DNA of 61,281 bases, the filler included. It is 7 parts of 7 records of this genome, joined end to end, with 100 filler letters (N's around TTAATTAATTAA, not from the genome) between each part and the next. Parts side by side here need not be neighbours in the genome. Positions count along the whole stretch, not along the records: positions 6,080 to 11,508 come from SRR31147125_60185; positions 11,609 to 17,734 come from SRR31147125_60191; positions 17,835 to 33,667 come from SRR31147125_60207; 4 more parts are not named here. One strand, given 5' to 3'. Position numbers and translations under genes: made by a program. The notes beneath the pieces are model-generated. The model was not told the DNA's origin, did no database searches, and saw only the letters and a program-made list of their open reading frames with translations. Below are positions 10,572 to 21,262 of the stretch, in pieces; within the stretch, counting starts at the first letter, position 1; every line of letters starts with the position of its first letter.

Positions 10572-11066
10572 ATGGCGGATATCCAAGAGAGTCACAGTCG
10601 AGATCTTTTAATCTCCATCAGAAAAATTACTCGCACCATCGATCTACACTCAAAATACTTGAAAAAAAAATTTGGGTTGACCATTCCTCAGTTGGTCATT
10701 TTACAAGAGATCAAACTCTCTAAAGAGATCTCCATCACAGATCTTTCAAAAACGATTGATTTAAGTCAGGCAACAGTAACGGATATTGTCAATCGGTTGG
10801 TGAAGAACCAGTTGGTATCCAAGGAGAGAAGTACGGTAGACAAACGAATGGTTGTCATCAAATTGATGGAGAAAGGAAAAGCGCTTCTTGAACAGGCGCC
10901 GCCGCCGCTGCAAAAAACATTTTCCCAACGATTTGCTTCCCTTGAGGATTGGGAGCAGTTGATGCTGATGAGTGCATTGCAGCGTATTGTGAGTTTGATG
11001 TCTGCTGAAGAAATTGATGCCGCACCGATATTGACATCAGACCCTGAAATCGGAGCTGAGCTTTAA
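10572..11066 (+). CDS. MarR family regulator, CosR/EctR subfamily
   Basis: IRKITRTIDLHSK..GLT.PQL, LSQATVT.IV.RL and APPPLQ..F..L..WEQ..L.SALQRI..M.A..IDAAP, characteristic of CosR/EctR osmolyte regulators. Confidence 0.85.
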   Translation: MADIQESHSRDLLISIRKITRTIDLHSKYLKKKFGLTIPQLVILQEIKLSKEISITDLSKTIDLSQATVTDIVNRLVKNQLVSKERSTVDKRMVVIKLMEKGKALLEQAPPPLQKTFSQRFASLEDWEQLMLMSALQRIVSLMSAEEIDAAPILTSDPEIGAEL

Positions 11067-11151
11067 TAATCTAAGCACTGCTTTTTGAAAGCGGGGGAAA
11101 AAGTAAAACAATAATACCCCGCTCTCAGCGATGTCAAAAACGCGCAGCCCT

Positions 11152-11493
11152 TTAATTTTTCAACAGTTCCAATGCCATGGCACAAAGAACATGATACCAT
11201 GAAAAATGACTTCATCATTGAAATCAAACTCCGGGTGATGGTTCAATGGCCGGCCCTTTAAGTAGTATGAAAAATCCTCTCCCCCCATGGAGGCGTGTTT
11301 TTCGTCTATCCAGTTGATTCCAAGTATTTCCTTGACGACCTGCTCTCCATCTAATATGGCCTCTTCCGATCAAGTCGGATGTCTTAAATTCTTTCATTGC
11401 AATTTCCGGATTCATGTGAGTTTTATGGCGAATATCAATAATGTAAGGAAGAAGGGATCTGATGCTCAACTCAATTTCTGTATAAACGGCCAT
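11152..11493 (-). pseudogene. Collapsed remnant of an M20 amidohydrolase
   Basis: N-terminal IRHKTHMNPEIAMKEFKTS joined out of frame to C-terminal SMGGEDFSYY...HHPEFDFNDEVI; the central part is absent. Confidence 0.7.
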
Positions 11494-11508
11494 GTCAGGC
11501 CACCTGAC

Positions 11509-11608
11509 NNNNNNNNNNNNNNNNNNNNNNNNNNNNNNNNNNNNNNNNNNNNTTAATTAATTAANNNNNNNNNNNNNNNNNNNNNNNNNNNNNNNNNNNN
11601 NNNNNNNN
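11509..11608. other. Artificial contig linker
   Basis: N44-TTAATTAATTAA-N44. Confidence 0.98.
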
Positions 11609-11787
11609 CGTTCCCGATTTTCACGGGATTCCCTTTTACGTCGTAGCGACACCTGGACTCCTGAAATAGTATCGTGAAGAGATAACCCTGTCAATGGCAT
11701 TGCGCCAGTCGGGGTTCGGCTGCCGGGGGAGAGCAGTCGACACGATAATCGATGTATTGAGCCTGGAGAGGAGGAAATGTGTTTCAG

Positions 11788-12669
11788 TTAGTGTTTGGGA
11801 GCGATCCTGAACGTGGCCAGAAAGATACCGGTAAAGACCATGGTGATGCCCTGGATATGAAACGGTTCGATATGCTCGCCCAGGAATATCACCGCAAGAA
11901 TTGAACTGAATACCGGCATCAGGTGGATAAACGTGCCTGCGCGGTTTGCACCGATGTCCCGGACAGCGCGGTTCCAGAAAATGAACGCGAGCACCGACGG
12001 GAAAACGGCGACATAAACAATGGTTGCCGTGTTTGGCACGGTAAGCGCCATTCTGTGGCCGAGCATCAGTTCGGCGGCGAACAGCGGCAGGATGCCGATC
12101 AAGCCGACAACGACGATACCGGTCTGGAAGGCGAACGGGTGGAGGTCCCTGGGAAACTTTCTCAGATTGATCGAATACAGGGCCCACACGAGGCCGGCCA
12201 GCAAGACGAGCAGGTCTCCCCGGTTGAATTCAAGTCCCAGCAGGGCGCGGAGATCACCTCCGGCCATGATCAGCGCCACACCGGTCAGAGAGGTGAGTAT
12301 GCCGAGCCACCGGCGCCCGCTGATTCGTTCGCGATACAGAGCAAGGGAGCAGAGCGCGATCAGGATCGGGATGCAGGAGTTGATCAGGACCGCGTTGACG
12401 GCTGTGGTGGTCTGTACCGCCAGGTAGATCAACGTGTTAAAGCCGGTTACGCCAAGCAGCCCCTGGGTGATGATGTATTTCCGTTCCTTTACGATCATAT
12501 GTCGCTGGGAATAGATGGGTTTCCAGCAGAAAACCAGCAGGATGACCAGTGCCAGTGCCCAGCGCCAGAAAGACAGTGCCAGAGGGGGAATGTCCGCGTG
12601 CATCCCGCGGCTCAGTACGAAATTGCCCGACCAGAACAGGGTGGTGAAGATCAGCAGCAGATAGGACAT
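11788..12669 (-). CDS. EamA/DMT family transporter
   Basis: About 10 TM helices with duplicated EamA repeat (FWSGNFV..PPL.L.F.RW; L.P.F..IL..IFLGE). Confidence 0.92.
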   Translation of the reverse strand: MSYLLLIFTTLFWSGNFVLSRGMHADIPPLALSFWRWALALVILLVFCWKPIYSQRHMIVKERKYIITQGLLGVTGFNTLIYLAVQTTTAVNAVLINSCIPILIALCSLALYRERISGRRWLGILTSLTGVALIMAGGDLRALLGLEFNRGDLLVLLAGLVWALYSINLRKFPRDLHPFAFQTGIVVVGLIGILPLFAAELMLGHRMALTVPNTATIVYVAVFPSVLAFIFWNRAVRDIGANRAGTFIHLMPVFSSILAVIFLGEHIEPFHIQGITMVFTGIFLATFRIAPKH

Positions 12670-12750
12670 TGAAACGGGACGAATATGCCGGTGGGTGGTT
12701 CGGGGTGAACGGCAGGCGGCAGTGCGGCTGTTGCCGGTGCGCCGACGTTT

Positions 12751-13329
12751 TCAGGAGTAGTCACTGAACGCGCACGATTCGATGTGACTGGTCGACAGGC
12801 CGATGAAGTTGTTGCCCACGTTCACCTCGGTGCGCTCCCACTTGGAGCCGGTGCGCATCACTTCGTAGATTTTCGCTTCGGTCAGCGGCAGAAAGCGCTG
12901 CTTGGTCTTGTTCTTGAACAACCCGTGGAAGGTGCCGGTGACGAGGAAAAAGGAGTCGCCCCTCATCTCCGTGAAAAGGCGCACCTTCGAGATGTCGTCA
13001 CTGGATTTCTCGGAGAGGGTTTTGGCCCTTATTTTTTCAGATGTGTCACCGGTCTTATCGAGCTTGTCCGAAAAGAAGATGATGTCGGCAAGGCGCAGCT
13101 GCAGCTTGGGGAAGCTGGCAAGTTTGGGGGTATTGTGGATCGAGACCTCCACGTTGCCCAGCAGGATCGCATCGTCGAAGCTTTTTTCAGCGGGATTTTT
13201 CCAGTAGATACTCGCGCTGTTGAGCTGGTCGATCGTTCTGATCTCATGGTTCTTCAGGTCGATCGTTCCGGTGTAGCGTTTGTTGGGCGTAAAAATGTTA
13301 ATTTCCCGTTTGACGGTGTCCTGCTGCAT
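12751..13329 (-). CDS. Hypothetical protein
   Basis: Open ORF; ATG at 13329 preceded by GGGAGG; no recognisable family motif. Confidence 0.7.
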   Translation of the reverse strand: MQQDTVKREINIFTPNKRYTGTIDLKNHEIRTIDQLNSASIYWKNPAEKSFDDAILLGNVEVSIHNTPKLASFPKLQLRLADIIFFSDKLDKTGDTSEKIRAKTLSEKSSDDISKVRLFTEMRGDSFFLVTGTFHGLFKNKTKQRFLPLTEAKIYEVMRTGSKWERTEVNVGNNFIGLSTSHIESCAFSDYS

Positions 13330-13530
13330 CCCATCCTCCCGTTCTGAGGTTTCCTTTTCTATCACTCGTTGCTGGTAGTACGCACTCTAACCCGATCTCC
13401 TGAAAAGTCATCTTTTTTCACGGGCCTATTCGAGAGTGAAAGGGTCTGCACAGGTTATTTTGTGCATCTGCAAATTATGGCTGAATTTCCTTTCGAGATG
13501 GTGTAAGTCTTGCGATCAGGAACAAAAAAT

Positions 13531-13595
13531 GTAGTACCTGCTCGTAATACCCCTTTGTCGTACCCCTCTGGAGTACTTGCTTGGAGTATGCCGTC
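13531..13595. repeat. Five degenerate 13-bp tandem repeats in a divergent promoter region
   Basis: Units GTAGTACCTGCTC, GTAATACCCCTTT, GTCGTACCCCTCT, GGAGTACTTGCTT, GGAGTATGCCGTC start at 13531, 13544, 13557, 13570 and 13583. Confidence 0.55.
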
Positions 13596-13639
13596 AGGCA
13601 AGGCAGGCATATCAATAATTTAACCGAATGAATTGAACC

Positions 13640-15342
13640 ATGGCGAAAAAAATCGTAATTATCGGGGCCGTCGCAGTGGGCCCCAAGGTAGCATGCAGGC
13701 TGCGGCGGCTCGACCCGGATGCCGAGATCACCCTGATCGACCGGGACAGCCTCATTTCCTACGGCGGCTGCGGGATACCCTATTATGTTGGCGGCGACGT
13801 CAACGATGTCGAGGAGTTGTACATGACAACCGCCCATGTTGTCAGGGACCGGGAGTTCTTCGAAACGATCAAAGGCGTCAATGTACTTACCAGGGTCGAG
13901 GCGGTGGAGATCGACCGTGGTGCGCGAAAAGTGATTGTCCGTAATCTCGACAGCGGGGAAGAGCGCAGCCTCGACTACGACAAGCTGGTGCTGGCAACCG
14001 GTGCGAGCCCGGTCAGGCCTCCCATACCGGGGCTGATCTGCCCACCGTTTTTACGCTGACCAACCTGCACGATGCGAAGCAGGTCAAGACGATGATGACG
14101 CGGGGTGAAGTAGGTCGTGCAGTCGTGATCGGGGCTGGTGCGATCGGTATCGAGGTCAGCGAGGCGATGACCGATCTATGGGGAATCGAGACCACCCTGA
14201 TCGAGATGGCGGACCAGGTCCTGCCCACCCTGCTCGGGCGGTGCATCGCCCGCGTTACGGAAGAGCATCTGCGGCAGAACGGGGTCAATCTGCTGCTCTC
14301 CGAGCGGGTAATGAAGATCCGGCAGAAGGAGGGCGTGAATTCGCTGGAGGTGCATACCGGCTCGGCGGTGCTGGAGGCGGACGTGGTTATTTTCGCCGCC
14401 GGGGTGCGGCCCAATACTGAAGTTGCCGGAAAGGCCGGTATCGCGCTGGGGCGAAGCGGCGGGATCCTTGTGGACAGCCGTTTGAGAACCAATGACCCGG
14501 ATATCTATGCGGGGGGTGACTGTATTGAACTGCGTAACCTCGTCAGCGGCGACTATTCGATGATGGCGCTCGGTTCACTGGCCAATCGCGAGGGGCGGGT
14601 GATCGCGACCAATGTCAACGGCGGCGGCAGTCACCTGGACGGGGCGGTCGGCACCTTCTGCGTGAAGGTCTTCGAGCTGGGGGTCTGCAAGGCCGGGTTG
14701 ACCGCCCGGCAGGCCAGAGAGGCCGGTTACGACCCGGTCTATTCGACGGTAGCGCAGTCGGACCATGCCCATTTTTACCCGAATTCCGAATTCATCTACA
14801 TGTCGCTGATTGCCGACCGGAAGAGTCGCAGAATTCTCGGCATAGAAGCTGCCGGCAGGAATGGAGACGGTGTGAAGGCCCGGGTTGATGCGGTTGCGGT
14901 CATGCTCAGAGGCGGCGTCGACGTTGATGACGTGTGCGGGCTTGAAGTCGGCTATGCGCCCCCGTTTGCTTCGGCGATGGACGTCATGAACAACGCCGGT
15001 AACAGTCTCGACAATATCCTTGCCGGGACGAACCGGCCGATAGACGCGGTGGATTTCCTGCACGAATACAAAGCGGGCCATCGACGGGTACTCGATATCA
15101 GAGGCGAGCGTGATGCGGCACCGTTTGTTGAGAAATACGGCCCGCGCTGGTTCAATATTCCCCAGGGGGAACTGCGCACGAGATACAGCGAATTGTCTGC
15201 GGATGAGCCACTGTTTATCATCTGCGACACCGGTGCGCGGTCGTATGAATCCCAGGTGCTTCTGGGCAGCAGGGGGATCACCGATACCCTCCAGGTCCAG
15301 GGTGGATACGCGATGATCAAGATGCTCGACCCGGAATTTTAG
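13640..15342 (+). CDS. FAD-dependent CoA-disulfide reductase-rhodanese fusion (NADH persulfide reductase-like); one frameshift
   Basis: IIGAVAVG, SYGGCGIPY redox Cys, GAGAIG, YAPPF and C-terminal rhodanese CDTGARS; ORFs 13640-14059 and 14092-15342 join by adding one G to the G4 run at 14029-14032 (PIPGADLP). Confidence 0.88.
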
Positions 15343-15354
15343 GAGACTACAAGG

Positions 15355-15831
15355 ATGATGGATATGCAAGCGATCGGGGTCATACGCACCCCGTATAAAA
15401 CTCTGCAGGACATGCCGATTCAGCCTCGGGGTGCACGGGGAATCGGTGGAGAAGTGATAATCGATGACGCGTTTGTTGCAGGCCTGGCCGACCTCGACGG
15501 GTTCAGCCATGTTTACCTGCTCTATCATTTTCACCGGGCTCAGCGTGTGGAGATGTCCGTGGTACCGTTCATGGACACGACCAGGCGCGGGGTTTTCTCG
15601 ACCCGCTCACCCCTGCGCCCCAATCATATCGGACTCTCCATCGTCGAACTCGAAGCGGTGAAGGGTAATCGGCTGCTGGTCAAGAATGTCGATATCCTTG
15701 ACGAAACGCCGCTGCTCGACGTAAAACCCTATATACATCCGTTCGACCGGGTGGAGAACAGCCGTTCGGGCTGGATGGAGGCGAGCGAAGCGGAGGTGGG
15801 CAGTAAGCGCTCCGATAATCGATTTATCTGA
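15355..15831 (+). CDS. trmO: tRNA m6t6A37 methyltransferase TrmO/TsaA (YaeB) family
   Basis: IGVIRTP, GVFSTRSP.RPN.IGLS and D.TP.LD.KPY motifs. Confidence 0.9.
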   Translation: MMDMQAIGVIRTPYKTLQDMPIQPRGARGIGGEVIIDDAFVAGLADLDGFSHVYLLYHFHRAQRVEMSVVPFMDTTRRGVFSTRSPLRPNHIGLSIVELEAVKGNRLLVKNVDILDETPLLDVKPYIHPFDRVENSRSGWMEASEAEVGSKRSDNRFI

Positions 15832-15892
15832 CCGGCGGGGCGGGAGCGACCGTCTAAAATTTTGATAATACATATATTGCAGGTGCTAAGCT

Positions 15893-16300
15893 ATGGAAAC
15901 GAAAAATGAAATCGAATCGTTTATCGAACAATGGCAGGAAAGTCCCGAGCGGAATAGGGAGATGTTTCAAAAACTCTATGACTTCCTGAAACAGATTAAC
16001 GGTGGCATTATCGAATTTCATGCCCGCCCCGGGATTACCTACTCGCTGCGAGGGGTTCCGGAGGGCGAATCGGAATACGCGCTGTTCGTGATGGTGGATG
16101 TGATCGAGGACCAGCCGCGCTGGCTCTCCGTCTGTTTTTACGAGAATCTGGTAACCGACCCGGAGGGCAGGGGAGACTGCGTTCCCGGCGGCCTTCTCGG
16201 GGAGGACGGAATCTGCTTCGATGCGGAAACCTATGACGAGGAACTGCTTTCCTACCTGTGCGAGCGCATCGATGAAGCCTGCAGGGCGTCGGTTGGGTAA
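15893..16300 (+). CDS. Hypothetical protein
   Basis: Operonic ORF whose stop overlaps the next start (TAATG); contains RPGITYSLR, RWLSVCFY and PGGLLGEDG.CFD. Confidence 0.75.
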   Translation: METKNEIESFIEQWQESPERNREMFQKLYDFLKQINGGIIEFHARPGITYSLRGVPEGESEYALFVMVDVIEDQPRWLSVCFYENLVTDPEGRGDCVPGGLLGEDGICFDAETYDEELLSYLCERIDEACRASVG

Positions 16301-17130
16301 TGGTCATGGGTACGATACAAATTGTGGTGGACAACAAGGCGGCGGACGGCTTTGTCGCAGAGCATGGGTTTGCGTTGTGGCTCGAGGCGGATGGGCGGAA
16401 TATCCTGTTCGACACGGGCAACAAGGACGCACTGGTGCCCAACAGCAGGACGTTGGGGCGCGACTTTTCCGACCTCACCGAGCTGGTCCTCAGTCACGGG
16501 CACTATGACCATACCGGCGGGATAGAAACGGTTCTGCAGGAGACAACGGCCGTGCAGGTGTATCTGCACCAGGCCGCGATGCAGCCCCGTTATGTTGTCA
16601 AAGACGGGGATTCGCGCACGGTGCGGATGTCGACCGGGGCAATGAAATCACTCTGGGATCTACCGGAAGAGTCGATTCATTGGCTGACGCACCCGTTCCA
16701 CATCTCCGAGCGGGTTGGCATTACCGGCCCCATCTCGCGGTTGACCGATTACGAGGATACGGGCGGTTCCTTCTATTACGATCCGTGGGGCAAACGGCCG
16801 GACCCGATCGATGACGACAATGCACTCTGGGTATATACACCGGACGGTCTCGTCATCTGCGTCGGCTGCAGCCATGCGGGAATCGTGAACACGCTGGAAG
16901 TGATCGTAGAGATGAGCGGAGAGAGGAGAATCCATACGGTGGTCGGGGGCTTGCACCTGCTCAATGCATCACCGAAGCGGTTGCAGAGGACTGTCGATGC
17001 GTTGAATCACTTCGATATCTCCCGGCTCGTCGCCTGCCACTGCACTGGCGACGAGGCCTGCAGCTTCCTTGAGAACAAGATTGATTGTGAATTAGTTCAG
17101 GGCTACGCGGGGCTGACGATATCGTTTTAA
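16300..17130 (+). CDS. Metallo-beta-lactamase fold hydrolase (MJ0448-like family)
   Basis: EHG..L, ILFDTG, SHGHYDHTGG, GCSHAG, GGLHL and CHCTG metal ligands. Confidence 0.9.
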   Translation: MVMGTIQIVVDNKAADGFVAEHGFALWLEADGRNILFDTGNKDALVPNSRTLGRDFSDLTELVLSHGHYDHTGGIETVLQETTAVQVYLHQAAMQPRYVVKDGDSRTVRMSTGAMKSLWDLPEESIHWLTHPFHISERVGITGPISRLTDYEDTGGSFYYDPWGKRPDPIDDDNALWVYTPDGLVICVGCSHAGIVNTLEVIVEMSGERRIHTVVGGLHLLNASPKRLQRTVDALNHFDISRLVACHCTGDEACSFLENKIDCELVQGYAGLTISF

Positions 17131-17159
17131 ACACGGGCCATTCAGGAAACGGGGCAGAA

Positions 17160-17734
17160 TTGACTGCACACCGGACACACCCCCTTCTCTTTGTTCTGCT
17201 CCTTTTCGTTCTCTGCGGGTGCTGCGAGGATGGGGCTGAGCGCGGTCGGGACCCGGTTATTGATGAGGCCTCCGTACTCAGTGATGTGGCTGGTTCTCTC
17301 GATACACACCTGCGATATATTCGGGACAACTATTCCATCGAGGTCGTGCTGGCTACCGTGGAAACCACCGGGGACGACGAGACCCTGCGGGAAATGGCAG
17401 TAAGGCTCTTCAGCGAGTGGGATGTCGGCCGCAGGCACGGCGGCAAAGGCCTGCTGATACTGCTTGCCGACCGGGAAAAAGCGGTAAGAATAGAGGTTGG
17501 CTCGGTTCTGGAACATGTCTACACCGATCTCTTTACCGGTCAAATCGAAGACCGCCAACTCCCATCTTACTATGTCAGCGGGCAGCTTGAAATTGGCCTG
17601 ATCGCACTGGTCGAGGAGATCGAGCTGCGTGCACAGCTCATGTCGAGGGACGAAGCCGATATGGCGACGATCGCGGAACGGGATCGGGTTTTTCTGTCCG
17701 GCGGCGGTGGTGCTGATGTCGTGCTGGGTTCCGC
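17160..17734 (+). CDS. TPM-domain exported protein (3'-truncated)
   Basis: Signal peptide then VIDEA.VLS, A..LF..W.VG..GKGLLILL and VRIEVG..LE..TD motifs. Confidence 0.8.
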
Positions 17735-17834
17735 NNNNNNNNNNNNNNNNNNNNNNNNNNNNNNNNNNNNNNNNNNNNTTAATTAATTAANNNNNNNNNN
17801 NNNNNNNNNNNNNNNNNNNNNNNNNNNNNNNNNN
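17735..17834. other. Artificial contig linker
   Basis: N44-TTAATTAATTAA-N44. Confidence 0.98.
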
Positions 17835-17940
17835 CTGCCGTATCCCGTAGCAATTTTCAGCGGACCGGCGAAAAGGCCGGAGAGCAGCAGGCTGAAACAC
17901 ATCGCCACCGCCATCCCGGAATATGGCAAAAGCAAAAACA

Positions 17941-17996
17941 AAAAGAGGGACAGACCCCAATTTTCGATTTGAAAATTTGGGGTCTGTCCCCCTTTT
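17941..17996. repeat. REP-like palindrome (GGGACAGACCCC family), may also act as terminator
   Basis: AAAAGAGGGACAGACCCCAATTTTC-GATTT-GAAAATTTGGGGTCTGTCCCCCTTTT near-perfect hairpin. Confidence 0.75.
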
Positions 17997-18007
17997 GGGC
18001 CCCGAGG

Positions 18008-19093
18008 CTATTCGGCCTCGTCGGATTTCTCACCCGACTCCATCTCCAGCTTGTCAGTCACCAGCCCGACCCGCTGGGCCCGTTGCTCCCACTGCTTGCG
18101 GGCGATCTCCTGCATGTCGTCGACCCGGTCGTGCTCGTCGACGATCTCCAGGCCGAGCAGCGTCTCGAGGAAATCCTCCATCGTAACCACCCCCTCGGTG
18201 CCGCCGTACTCGTCGACGACGAGGGCGATGTGGGTCGACTCGTTCATCATCTGCTCGAACAGGTCGTGCAGGGAGAGCTTGTCGAGGACCACCACGATCG
18301 GCCTGATCATTTCCTTCAGCAGCGTGTCCGGGGCATCGGTCGCGGCACGCAGGATGTCGCTCTTCAGCACAAAGCCCTTGATGTCGTCGCTGTCCTTCCC
18401 GTAGACCGGGATGCGGGAGAAGATCAGGTGTTTGTGCTCTGCGACCACCTGATCGATGGTCAGCTCCTCCGAGAGCGCGAACATCACGGTGCGCGGGGTC
18501 ATGATGTCCTTGGTCCTGATGTTGCGCAGCAGAAACAGGTTCTGGAGCACCCGTGATTCGTAGCGGTGGAAAATACCCTCTTTGGTGCCCAGCTCGGCGA
18601 GCGCGATAAACTCGTCGCGGTGGACGCTCTTCTTCTCCTTGTTCCTGGTCATCAGTCGGGTGAGGATCTCCGCCATTTTAACGAGCGGCAACATGATGAT
18701 CACGGTGATGTCAAGCGCGGTGGTGACGAACGGTGTGAGCTGCCGCCAGTAGGCTGCGCCGAGGGTCTTCGGAATGATCTCCGAGACCACCAGGATGAGA
18801 AAGGTCAGCACTGCGGAGATCACGCCGATGTAGGCGTCTCCGAAAACGGCGGCCGCCTGGGCTCCAGCACCGGCAGCGCCGACCGTGTGGGCGATCGTGT
18901 TGAGGCTGAGAATCGCGGCCAGCGGCCGGTCGATATCGTTCTTGAAACCGGTGATCTTGCGCCCGATCGCGGGTCGTTCCTGCTCGAGCCGGGCAGCATA
19001 GGAGGCGGAAATCGACAGCAGCACGGCCTCCATGATCGAGCAGAGAAACGATACGGACAGGGCCAGTCCGACATAAAAAAGTAAGAGTCCCAT
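18008..19093 (-). CDS. CNNM (DUF21) plus tandem CBS domain protein, hemolysin/CorC-like
   Basis: SFLCS.MEA.LLS, SEIIPKTLG, IMTPR, FSRIPVY and VVDEYGG motifs. Confidence 0.92.
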   Translation of the reverse strand: MGLLLFYVGLALSVSFLCSIMEAVLLSISASYAARLEQERPAIGRKITGFKNDIDRPLAAILSLNTIAHTVGAAGAGAQAAAVFGDAYIGVISAVLTFLILVVSEIIPKTLGAAYWRQLTPFVTTALDITVIIMLPLVKMAEILTRLMTRNKEKKSVHRDEFIALAELGTKEGIFHRYESRVLQNLFLLRNIRTKDIMTPRTVMFALSEELTIDQVVAEHKHLIFSRIPVYGKDSDDIKGFVLKSDILRAATDAPDTLLKEMIRPIVVVLDKLSLHDLFEQMMNESTHIALVVDEYGGTEGVVTMEDFLETLLGLEIVDEHDRVDDMQEIARKQWEQRAQRVGLVTDKLEMESGEKSDEAE

Positions 19094-19275
19094 AGTAGCC
19101 TTGTTGTAGTCAGTTCAGTCGTCTGTTTTGTATTGTGGCATAATTCTCGGATACGGGGTATGAAGCCTGTTGACAAGTTGTACCATGTTTGGAGGATGAT
19201 GCAACAAATAGAAAGGAATCGTGTAGTTATGGATCGTTGTGCAGGGTTCAATCCGGAGATGGGGCAGTGAATACG

Positions 19276-21135
19276 ATGGCACGAGCGGAACAGGGTGCAA
19301 ATCCGGCTGATCCGGACGACGATCTCGGGGGCCGTCTCCATCACACGTTGAAATCGGTCTTTGGCTACGATGAGTTCCGGCCGTATCAGCTCGACATCAT
19401 CGAGCACCTAGTCGGCGGTGGGGACTCGTTCGTACTGATGCCGACCGGTGGCGGGAAGTCGCTCTGCTACCAGATCCCGGCGCTGCATCGCCCAGGGACT
19501 GCCATCGTGGTGTCGCCGCTGATCTCGCTGATGAAGGACCAGGTCGACGCGCTGCGGGCCTACGGCATTGAGGCCGAATTCTACAACTCGTCGCTGTCTG
19601 GCACTGAGGCTCGAGCGGTGTTGTCGGCATTGCACGGCGGCCGGCTCGACCTGCTCTATATCGCCCCGGAGCGGCTGATGAGTGACGACTTCCTTGCCCG
19701 CATATCCGAGCTGGAGATCGCTCTGTTCGCGATCGACGAGGCGCACTGCCTGTCGCAATGGGGGCACGATTTCAGGCCGGAATACCGGAAGCTCGGCCGG
19801 CTGCGCCCGCTCTTCCCGAATGTGCCGGTCATCGCCCTGACCGCAACGGCGGAGTCTCACACCCGGGACGACATTGTCGCGGGGCTGCAGATCCGTGACG
19901 TCCGCCGTTTCGTCACCGGTTTCGATCGCCCCAATATCCGCTACACGGTGGCCGACAAAGACAAGCCGTTCAACCAGCTGCGCACGTTTCTCGCCTCGTA
20001 TACGGACCAGGCGGGGATCGTCTACTGCCTCAGCCGCAAGAAGGTGGAGCAGGTCACCACCCAGCTCCGCGACGAGGGATACGCGGCTGCTTCTTATCAT
20101 GCGGGACTCGCTGACGAGCAGCGGCGGGGGGCCCAGGATGACTTCCTCCACGATCGGGTGCAGATCATCGTCGCCACTGTCGCGTTCGGGATGGGCATCG
20201 ACAAGTCAAACATCCGCTTCGTCGTCCACTACGACATCCCCAAAAATATCGAGAGCTACTACCAGGAGACCGGCAGGGCCGGCAGGGACGGGCTCGACTC
20301 TGAGGCATTGCTGCTGTTCGGGTTCGGCGACGTACAGGTGGCCCGCGGCCTGATCGAGAAGTCGACCAACGAGGAGCGCAAGCGGATCGAGATCCACAAG
20401 CTTAATGCGATGATCGGCTTCGCGGAAGCACTGGGGTGTCGTCGTCGGGTGCTGCTCGGCTACTTTGGTGAAACACTCGACGAAGACTGCGGCAACTGCG
20501 ACATCTGCCTGAACCCGCCCGAGATGATCGACGTCACGGAAGACGCCCGCAAGCTGCTCTCCTGTGTCTTTCGGGTCGGCCAGCGGTTCGGGGCCGGCCA
20601 CGTGATCGACGTACTGCGCGGGTCGCAGAAGGAACGGGTGCTGCAGCTCGGCCATGACCGGCTCTCCACCTATGCGATCGGCAAGGACAGCGACAGCCGC
20701 TATTGGGGGGCGGTGGTGCGGCACCTCGTGCATCGCGGCTACCTGAACCAGGATGTGGGCAACTACTCGGTGCTGACGCTGACGGAGCGATCCCGGCCGC
20801 TGCTGCGTGGAGAGGAATCAATGGAAATGGCCCGCCCGCGTGTCCGGGAAGCGGCGCCGACGAAGGCGAAGGCGAAGAAGGCTGCGGTCGTCTACGATTC
20901 CTGGGATGAGAATCTGTTTGAGCAACTGCGACAGGTGCGGCGCGACCTCGCCGAGGAGGCCAGTGTCCCGCCGTTCGTGATTTTTCACGACAGGACCCTC
21001 GTGGAGATGGCGGTACACCAGCCGCGAACCCTGGAGGAGCTGGGTCGGATCCACGGGGTCGGAGAATCCAAGTGCGAACGCTACGGTCCCGCCTTCTTGA
21101 AGGAAATAGAGGCGTATCTCAATTCCTCTGGATGA
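19276..21135 (+). CDS. recQ: ATP-dependent DNA helicase RecQ
   Basis: [35 protein letters not shown], Zn-binding CRR..CGNCDIC, RQC and HRDC domains; start uncertain (19189-19276). Confidence 0.97.
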   Translation: MARAEQGANPADPDDDLGGRLHHTLKSVFGYDEFRPYQLDIIEHLVGGGDSFVLMPTGGGKSLCYQIPALHRPGTAIVVSPLISLMKDQVDALRAYGIEAEFYNSSLSGTEARAVLSALHGGRLDLLYIAPERLMSDDFLARISELEIALFAIDEAHCLSQWGHDFRPEYRKLGRLRPLFPNVPVIALTATAESHTRDDIVAGLQIRDVRRFVTGFDRPNIRYTVADKDKPFNQLRTFLASYTDQAGIVYCLSRKKVEQVTTQLRDEGYAAASYHAGLADEQRRGAQDDFLHDRVQIIVATVAFGMGIDKSNIRFVVHYDIPKNIESYYQETGRAGRDGLDSEALLLFGFGDVQVARGLIEKSTNEERKRIEIHKLNAMIGFAEALGCRRRVLLGYFGETLDEDCGNCDICLNPPEMIDVTEDARKLLSCVFRVGQRFGAGHVIDVLRGSQKERVLQLGHDRLSTYAIGKDSDSRYWGAVVRHLVHRGYLNQDVGNYSVLTLTERSRPLLRGEESMEMARPRVREAAPTKAKAKKAAVVYDSWDENLFEQLRQVRRDLAEEASVPPFVIFHDRTLVEMAVHQPRTLEELGRIHGVGESKCERYGPAFLKEIEAYLNSSG

Positions 21136-21262
21136 TGGCTGCGTTCGGGATGAAGCCGAGCGCTCCATCGATGGATTGGACTTATCGGGCCGGGTATAGT
21201 AGCATAGACGACAACAGCGATAACCGCGACGGTGCTGCTGCAACCCTCTCTCGAAATTCAGC

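Noticed and set aside
14575-15534. 319-aa minus-strand ORF
   Set aside because: Antisense to the CoADR-rhodanese and trmO genes
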